NCBI GenBank assembly: GCA_963794325.1
Contig: CAWCDG010000004.1
Coordinates: forward strand, 1,888,001 to 1,952,000
Reading direction: 5' to 3'
Length of the DNA stretch: 64,000 nucleotides
Source of the DNA: an uncultured delta proteobacterium
GTDB lineage: Bacteria; Desulfobacterota; Binatia; Binatales; Binataceae
The notes under the pieces were generated by a model. The model was given only the letters and a program-made list of their open reading frames with translations. It ran no database searches and was not told the origin of the DNA. Position numbers and translations under genes: made by a program. This document shows positions 58,826 to 64,000 of this stretch, piece after piece. The stretch's first letter is position 1; each line of letters starts with the position of its first letter.

Positions 58826-59758
58826 TCATTCTGTCGGTTGCGTATTCTCTCGAAGCGTTGATTTCCTCTGGTGCTCGAAAGGATCGGTGATTTTTTCCCA
58901 GGTTCGATCGCGATCGAGAATGGCGTCTTGAATCGCTTTGCGGCGGCGCTGGAGGTAGCCGTTGCGCACCGCGGCGTAGAGGTCGAGCGATGTGTCCTCG
59001 ACGTCGTCATACAGCTTCATGTTGTTGGCGCGTTCGTTGATTCTTTGCGCGGCAGCGCGGCCAATGTCGGCGCCGAGCGGGGTGACGAACCACGAGAGAG
59101 GGTCCATGAATGAGTCAGCGGCGAAGCCGAACGCGTCGCGCACGTCGAGCGGCGGCAACAGCGGCAATACCAGGTAAGGCCCGGGCTTCACGCCATAAAC
59201 GGCAAAGGTCTCGCCGGAGTCGGCGTCACTTTTCTCGAGACCTATGCGCGAGGCGACGTCGAACAATCCCGCAACGCCGACTGTCGTGTTGACCACAAAG
59301 CGCGTGAGCTCGATGCCAGCGCTGGGCAGCCTGCCCTGGAAGACCTTGTTAACGAACCGCCTCGGCATCGCGAGGTTGTAGAATGCGTTCGCCAGACTTT
59401 CCCGCATCTGATCTGGCAGCCGGGACCAAACCTTGGCGGCCGGCTTTATCGCGTAGTGGTCGGCGAGATTAAAATTGAAGTAGAAGGTCTTGTCGTTGAA
59501 CGACTCCCACGGATCGTAATCCATCCCCTCGCTTGGAGACGGCATATCTGAAGCGAGGGCCGCGCGCGCTTGCGCATCGGATACTCGCGAAGCGTCACGC
59601 TGGCCGGAACATCCGACCAAACTGATGATGACGACCGATAGAATCGCGAAACCGAGCAACAGTACCAGGCGCCCATGTGGAGAGTCTGTGTAGGTTGCTG
59701 ATTTTCCGCGCCCCGCGAAGGGTTTGGGAGTGTTATGAAGAGTTTGAAACTCCATCAC
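58826..59758 (-). CDS. mlaA: VacJ/MlaA-family lipoprotein
   Basis: Lipobox LVGC; DPWESFN, RFVVNTTVGVAGLFDVA, GPYLVLPLL, DLYAAVRNGYLQRR. Confidence 0.9.
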   Translation of the reverse strand: MMEFQTLHNTPKPFAGRGKSATYTDSPHGRLVLLLGFAILSVVIISLVGCSGQRDASRVSDAQARAALASDMPSPSEGMDYDPWESFNDKTFYFNFNLADHYAIKPAAKVWSRLPDQMRESLANAFYNLAMPRRFVNKVFQGRLPSAGIELTRFVVNTTVGVAGLFDVASRIGLEKSDADSGETFAVYGVKPGPYLVLPLLPPLDVRDAFGFAADSFMDPLSWFVTPLGADIGRAAAQRINERANNMKLYDDVEDTSLDLYAAVRNGYLQRRRKAIQDAILDRDRTWEKITDPFEHQRKSTLRENTQPTE

Positions 59759-60861
59759 GAGTGAGCGTCGCCTCCGTAGCGGAAGAGCCGCAATGCGATC
59801 AGGAAACTCCCGAGGCCGTAAGCAGCGAGCACGAGCAGCTCGGTCGAAATTGCGACCAGGCTTTTGTCACGCAGCATCACGTCCTGCAGTGCGGACATCG
59901 ACCAGGTGGTGATGAGCGCGTTCGAGACGTGCTGCATCAACTTCGGCAGGTCATACAACGGCCAGAACAATCCGCCGAGCGAGGCGAGCACGAACGCCAC
60001 CGCCAGACCAACCGGGATCGCCTGCTCGCGGGTTCGCACGAAGGAGGCAACGACGGCGGCGAAACAGGTCATCGAGGCGACCACCGCCGTCGCCACCAGG
60101 ACCATCGCGACGGGTGAATGCCCGAGCCTGAGGCCGTACACGAAATGTCCGAATACCAGCAGCAGTAGTAGTTGCGCCGTGCCGACGACCAGCCGCGCGA
60201 GCAACTTTCCGCCGAGCAGAGATGCCAGCGGCACCGGCGCGACCGAGAGCCGCGCGCTCGTGCCCCATACTTCCTCCTCGCGCAGCGCCAGCGACACGCT
60301 GAAGATGAGAGTGAGCAGGACGAACATCAGACTGAAGCCCGGGATATTTTGCTCGAGCGATGAGAACGAGACGTTGTCGCCGGTGATGTTGCGCTCCTTC
60401 ACGCTCAGCAATTCCTGGCTGAACGGATCGCCGAGCGACGCGGTCTCGCGATCGGCCAGCAGCATCACCACTTTGATCGCCTCGAGCTCCCGCCACTGCG
60501 CGGGATCGGTCAGCATTTCAACGGTCGAGGGCTTCTGCGCGAGATAACGCTTGCTCAATTCAGGCGGCAGGATGAGCGCGGCAGGAGCGTCGTTGGACTC
60601 GGCGACCAGATGATGCGCCGTCGCGCGGGAAACTACGCGCACGTCGAGATGCTCGCGAAAGGCGCGGATCAGCGCGGTTGCGACGGGGCCCTGATCCTCG
60701 TTGACGACGGGGAACAAAATGCTCTTGCTGCCGTCGCCGGATTGAGTGGCGGATGCGACCACCATTATCACCACGATTGGGACGATCAGCAGCGCTATCA
60801 GGCCGAAACGGTCGCGGCATATGAGCCGGAGGTCTTTCAGCATCATGGCAGCGGTCTTCAT
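59755..60861 (-). CDS. ABC-2 type transporter permease with large extracytoplasmic loop
   Basis: KDLRL..RD start, PGFSLMF, EEVWGT.ARL..AP, GK, LGGLFWP. Confidence 0.9.
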   Translation of the reverse strand: MKTAAMMLKDLRLICRDRFGLIALLIVPIVVIMVVASATQSGDGSKSILFPVVNEDQGPVATALIRAFREHLDVRVVSRATAHHLVAESNDAPAALILPPELSKRYLAQKPSTVEMLTDPAQWRELEAIKVVMLLADRETASLGDPFSQELLSVKERNITGDNVSFSSLEQNIPGFSLMFVLLTLIFSVSLALREEEVWGTSARLSVAPVPLASLLGGKLLARLVVGTAQLLLLLVFGHFVYGLRLGHSPVAMVLVATAVVASMTCFAAVVASFVRTREQAIPVGLAVAFVLASLGGLFWPLYDLPKLMQHVSNALITTWSMSALQDVMLRDKSLVAISTELLVLAAYGLGSFLIALRLFRYGGDAHS

Positions 60862-61454
60862 GACTGCGCCTCTGCGCCGGGGTTGCCGTATTTTCGCCGC
60901 ATCAGCGTGAGCACGTCGTCGACGCTCGACCTTGAGAGCAGGTCGTTGAGCTGGCTGCCCAGGTTGGCGGTCAGGCTCACGTCTTCGACGGTGATCGAGG
61001 TCGCCATCCAGGTGTCGCCCACCGGTTTCAGGCGATAGGTAACGTCGAATTGATCGCGCGGCGTGACGATTTTGGTATCGACGACGGCGCCCGCGCCGGT
61101 GGATTGCTCGTCCGGATAGACGAAGTTCGGATTATCGAAGAGCAGAAGTTTCTGCACGTAGGTCCGCTGAAGAAGCTGGCGGAACAGACCGAGAAACTCC
61201 TTCTGCTGATCGGCCGTGAAGCTCGACCAGTGCGGCCCGAGCGCCTCGCGACCCATCGCGTCGGTATCCAGAAATTTGCTGAACAGGACTGACAGGGCAG
61301 TTAGCTTTTCATTGTGAGTCTGACTGCCCGCGACGATGACTTTCGCCTGCTCGAGAGTCGTCCGTGTGTAATCGAGTGCGTCTCCAGCCCGAGCCGGCGC
61401 GGCCAGAAGCAGCAAGACCATCAGCGTGATCGACAGGGTACGCGTCGATTTCAA
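60858..61454 (-). CDS. mlaC: MlaC/Ttg2D/HpnM-family periplasmic lipid-binding protein
   Basis: Signal peptide; MGREALGPHW...QQKEF..LF..LL..TY; VDTKIV; VTYRL; VEDVSL; TTG start overlapping the ATPase stop. Confidence 0.8.
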   Translation of the reverse strand: MKSTRTLSITLMVLLLLAAPARAGDALDYTRTTLEQAKVIVAGSQTHNEKLTALSVLFSKFLDTDAMGREALGPHWSSFTADQQKEFLGLFRQLLQRTYVQKLLLFDNPNFVYPDEQSTGAGAVVDTKIVTPRDQFDVTYRLKPVGDTWMATSITVEDVSLTANLGSQLNDLLSRSSVDDVLTLMRRKYGNPGAEAQS

Positions 61455-62473
61455 TCGCGAAGCTCCATTCCAGTGAGATGCAGGAAAAGATTTTCGAGGC
61501 TGAGCGGCGCAATCTTGATTCGCACGTTTTGATCGGAGCGATTGATAATTTTCTGAAGCGGCCACAGGTAATCAATGGCGCGCTTTACATAGAGCCGAAC
61601 CGCGCCGTCGCCGCGCTCGATGCGGCTGACTCCGCCCAGGGCTTGCATCGCAGCCAGATCGATCCCGGGATGAAGTCCGCGCACCTCGATGATCTCCGCG
61701 AACTCCAGACCGCTCAGCAGCTGGTCGAGAGTGCCCGCGGCGACGAGCTTTCCTTCGCTCAGGATTCCCAGGCGATCGCACAGTCGTTCGGCCTCTTCCA
61801 TGTAATGCGTGGTGTAGAGAATGGCGTTGCCGTCATCGCGCAGGCCTTCGATGATTTTCAGGATCTGCTCGCGCGACTGCGGATCGACGCCGGCGGTCGG
61901 CTCGTCGAGCAGGATGAGTTTCGGCCGATGTACCAGCGAAACCGCGAGATTCAGGCGGCGCTTCATGCCGCCGGAAAATATGCCGACTTGGTTATTGCGG
62001 TGCGCTTCCAATCCCACCAGCGCCAGCAACTCGCCGATGCGATCGCGCAGATCGGATTCTCTCACTCCGTAGATGCGCCCGAAAAACTGGAGGTTCTCCG
62101 CCGCGGTGAGCGCTGGGTAAAGCGACACTTCCTGTGGCGCAAGACCAGACATCTGGCGAACGAGGTACGTCTCGTTGCGAGCGCTATGACCGAACAGCGT
62201 CGCATCTCCCGATGAGGGCGCGCGCTGCGTCGCGAGCATCGCGATCGTGGTAGTTTTGCCCGCGCCGTTGGGGCCCAGCAGGCCGAAAATCTCGCCCTCG
62301 GCGACTTCGAAATTCAATTCGCTGACAGCAGTCGTCGTGCCGTAACGCTTGGTCAGGCCGACAACGCGGAGCGCGATCGCTTTTTCTTTAGTTGGATCGT
62401 GCTCAACGAAAGTATCAACGCGAGCACCGGCATCGATCCTTAAACTATTGCGTAATGCGGGGCTGGTTCGCAT
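61451..62473 (-). CDS. ABC-2 type transporter ATP-binding protein
   Basis: GPNGAGKT, FSGGMKRR, LDEPT, TTHYMEEAE, C-terminal LENLFLHLTG.ELRD. Confidence 0.93.
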   Translation of the reverse strand: MRTSPALRNSLRIDAGARVDTFVEHDPTKEKAIALRVVGLTKRYGTTTAVSELNFEVAEGEIFGLLGPNGAGKTTTIAMLATQRAPSSGDATLFGHSARNETYLVRQMSGLAPQEVSLYPALTAAENLQFFGRIYGVRESDLRDRIGELLALVGLEAHRNNQVGIFSGGMKRRLNLAVSLVHRPKLILLDEPTAGVDPQSREQILKIIEGLRDDGNAILYTTHYMEEAERLCDRLGILSEGKLVAAGTLDQLLSGLEFAEIIEVRGLHPGIDLAAMQALGGVSRIERGDGAVRLYVKRAIDYLWPLQKIINRSDQNVRIKIAPLSLENLFLHLTGMELRD

Positions 62474-62601
62474 TTTGAATTTGCCTGCTGGAAAAAAATC
62501 GCGCGATTCGCGTGTTATCGGACAGTCGCGAACAAGAGAAGCACAGGGTGTGCCGTCCGGTTCGAGCTATTTGCTGGATATTCGCTTATTTCGCCGGCCG
62601 C

Positions 62602-63030
62602 CTATCCGTTTCTCCGGCGCGCTTGCACTCGGCCGTTGATTTGGACCGCGGATCGCCGAATCATTCGCGGCTTATCGCCGGGGCGTTTGTTTCTCTCCCA
62701 GCGGATAATCAATTCCCGCAAGCGGCGCGGATCGATTCCCAAGGCACCGCATACGTCCTGGTAGGAAAAAGGGCCGTCTCCCTTGTCATAGAAAATCCAG
62801 AACTTGGCCTCTCTGTATTCCTGACGTCTACTGGGACTCTTTGCTTCGAAATTGCGCTGAACACATCGCACCGCGTCAGCGAGGATACCGCCCATCAGAC
62901 GCATGATTGGCTCGACTGAAGCTGAGCCGCGTCTTGCCGGGTAAAATTGCGCGGGCATGAGGGCGTCACCGCGAATTTCATCGCCCGTTGAACCAATCAC
63001 CGAATCGATTTGTGTGACTGTATTATCCAT
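62602..63030 (-). CDS. Conserved hypothetical protein with HTH-like C-terminus
   Basis: MPAQF..EP..RLM..IL.DAVRC...REA..WI...PFS...VC.ALGIDP pattern; AGGT RBS. Confidence 0.7.
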   Translation of the reverse strand: MDNTVTQIDSVIGSTGDEIRGDALMPAQFYPARRGSASVEPIMRLMGGILADAVRCVQRNFEAKSPSRRQEYREAKFWIFYDKGDGPFSYQDVCGALGIDPRRLRELIIRWERNKRPGDKPRMIRRSAVQINGRVQARRRNG

Positions 63031-63449
63031 TGGATGACCTACCTTTGATGAGGTTACGAGTGATTCGGTTACAGGCGCGATTTGGCAATGAAAAGCCCAC
63101 ACGGCGGCGCAGTATCTGACTCAGGAGGGGGACAGAGAGAGGTGCCTCCGACCGTGTGGGCGATTTTTTTATCAGTGCTTTATAGGGCTCGGACCCTCCG
63201 ACCATGCAGGCGTGAAAAATGACCGCACAACTGGTGTTCCCCAAGTCGGAAGTGCCCAAGCCTGCCTGGCTAGCCGCAATTGGCCACGCTTTCGCAATTT
63301 GTCGAAGTAAACGGGCCGGGAGATCAGGAGTCTGAGGCTCGTCATCGGCACGAATTGTTAGCAATTTACGTCCGCGAAATTGACAAAGGTCGCGGCGGTC
63401 AGTTACCAATGTATGTGCCCCTCAGATCGTCATCCTCGAACAGTGGAGA

Positions 63450-64000
63450 ATGTTTCTGGCCGATGTCTCGGTGATCGCCGTCGTACCGGCGCGGTACGGA
63501 TCTTCCCGCCTGCCCGCAAAGGCGCTGGCGGAGATCGCGGGAGTGCCGATGATCGTCCGAGTGTGGCGGCAGGCGTCGAAGGCGAAATCCATCGCGCGCG
63601 TGATCGTCGCGACTGACGACGAGCGAATCGCGGCGCCGGTGATCGCAGCCGGTGGCGAAGCGATGATGACTTCGCCGGCGCATGCGAGTGGCACCGATCG
63701 AATCGCCGAGGTCGCATCAAAGATTGTCGCCGACGTTTATCTCGGCGTGCAGGGCGATCAGCCGTTCATTGCGCCGGCCGATCTCGACGCACTTGCCGAG
63801 GCGATGCGCTCCGACGCGTCGATTCAAATGGCGACGCTGGCGACGCCGATCGTCGATCATCTCGAATGGACTGATCCGAACAAGGTCAAGGTCGTGTGCG
63901 GCGCCGACGGGAACGCGCTATACTTTTCGCGAAGCCCGATTCCCAATGCGCGTGACGGCGGGATGCCCAAAGAGGCGCTCCGCCATATCGGTGTTTATGC
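63450..64000 (+). CDS. kdsB: 3-deoxy-manno-octulosonate cytidylyltransferase (runs off the window)
   Basis: Manual translation: VPARYGSSRLPAKAL, VATDD, SGTDR, QGDQP, DPNKVKVV, ALYFSRSPIP, HIGVY. Confidence 0.95.
   Translation, partial: MFLADVSVIAVVPARYGSSRLPAKALAEIAGVPMIVRVWRQASKAKSIARVIVATDDERIAAPVIAAGGEAMMTSPAHASGTDRIAEVASKIVADVYLGVQGDQPFIAPADLDALAEAMRSDASIQMATLATPIVDHLEWTDPNKVKVVCGADGNALYFSRSPIPNARDGGMPKEALRHIGVY

Noticed and set aside
63280-63296. GG-N10-GC motif upstream of kdsB
   Set aside because: Poor match to TGGCACG/TTGC beyond the dinucleotides, so likely chance.
1-64000. tRNA, rRNA, CRISPR-Cas, prophage or defence genes
   Set aside because: None recognised by eye. tRNAscan, Infernal and DefenseFinder runs would be needed to exclude divergent ones.

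Overview
GC-rich bacterial chromosomal segment. Gene content and the TA-repeat secreted proteins suggest a deltaproteobacteria-related lineage such as Candidatus Binatia/Binataceae (inference). Housekeeping and envelope genes are mrcB (partial), a DegP-type protease, htpX, a GT9, cysK, larE, bioB, ispD, carD, rimI, a split nuo block (E-H-J-K-L-M-N), rsmD-coaD, an aminotransferase, an orphan groEL, a YkuD-family enzyme, a D,D-carboxypeptidase and kdsB (partial). Accessory content includes two large TA-repeat secreted proteins, two tandem gene duplications, one IS481 element, two internally deleted gene remnants and dense families of palindromic intergenic repeats. The most notable observations: (1) a translationally coupled ABC-2 ATPase/MlaC/ABC-2 permease/MlaA operon with no MlaE or MlaD; (2) a ~210-bp multi-hairpin repeat in four copies with compensatory base changes; (3) a ferredoxin-membrane-HSP20-like fusion; (4) an Lpp/OprI-like lipoprotein ending in Lys plus a DpaA-like YkuD protein; (5) an unannotated 41-aa very basic ORF; (6) a parS-type palindrome. 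Three genes carry single +1 frameshifts that are probably sequencing errors. No tRNA, rRNA or CRISPR array was seen.
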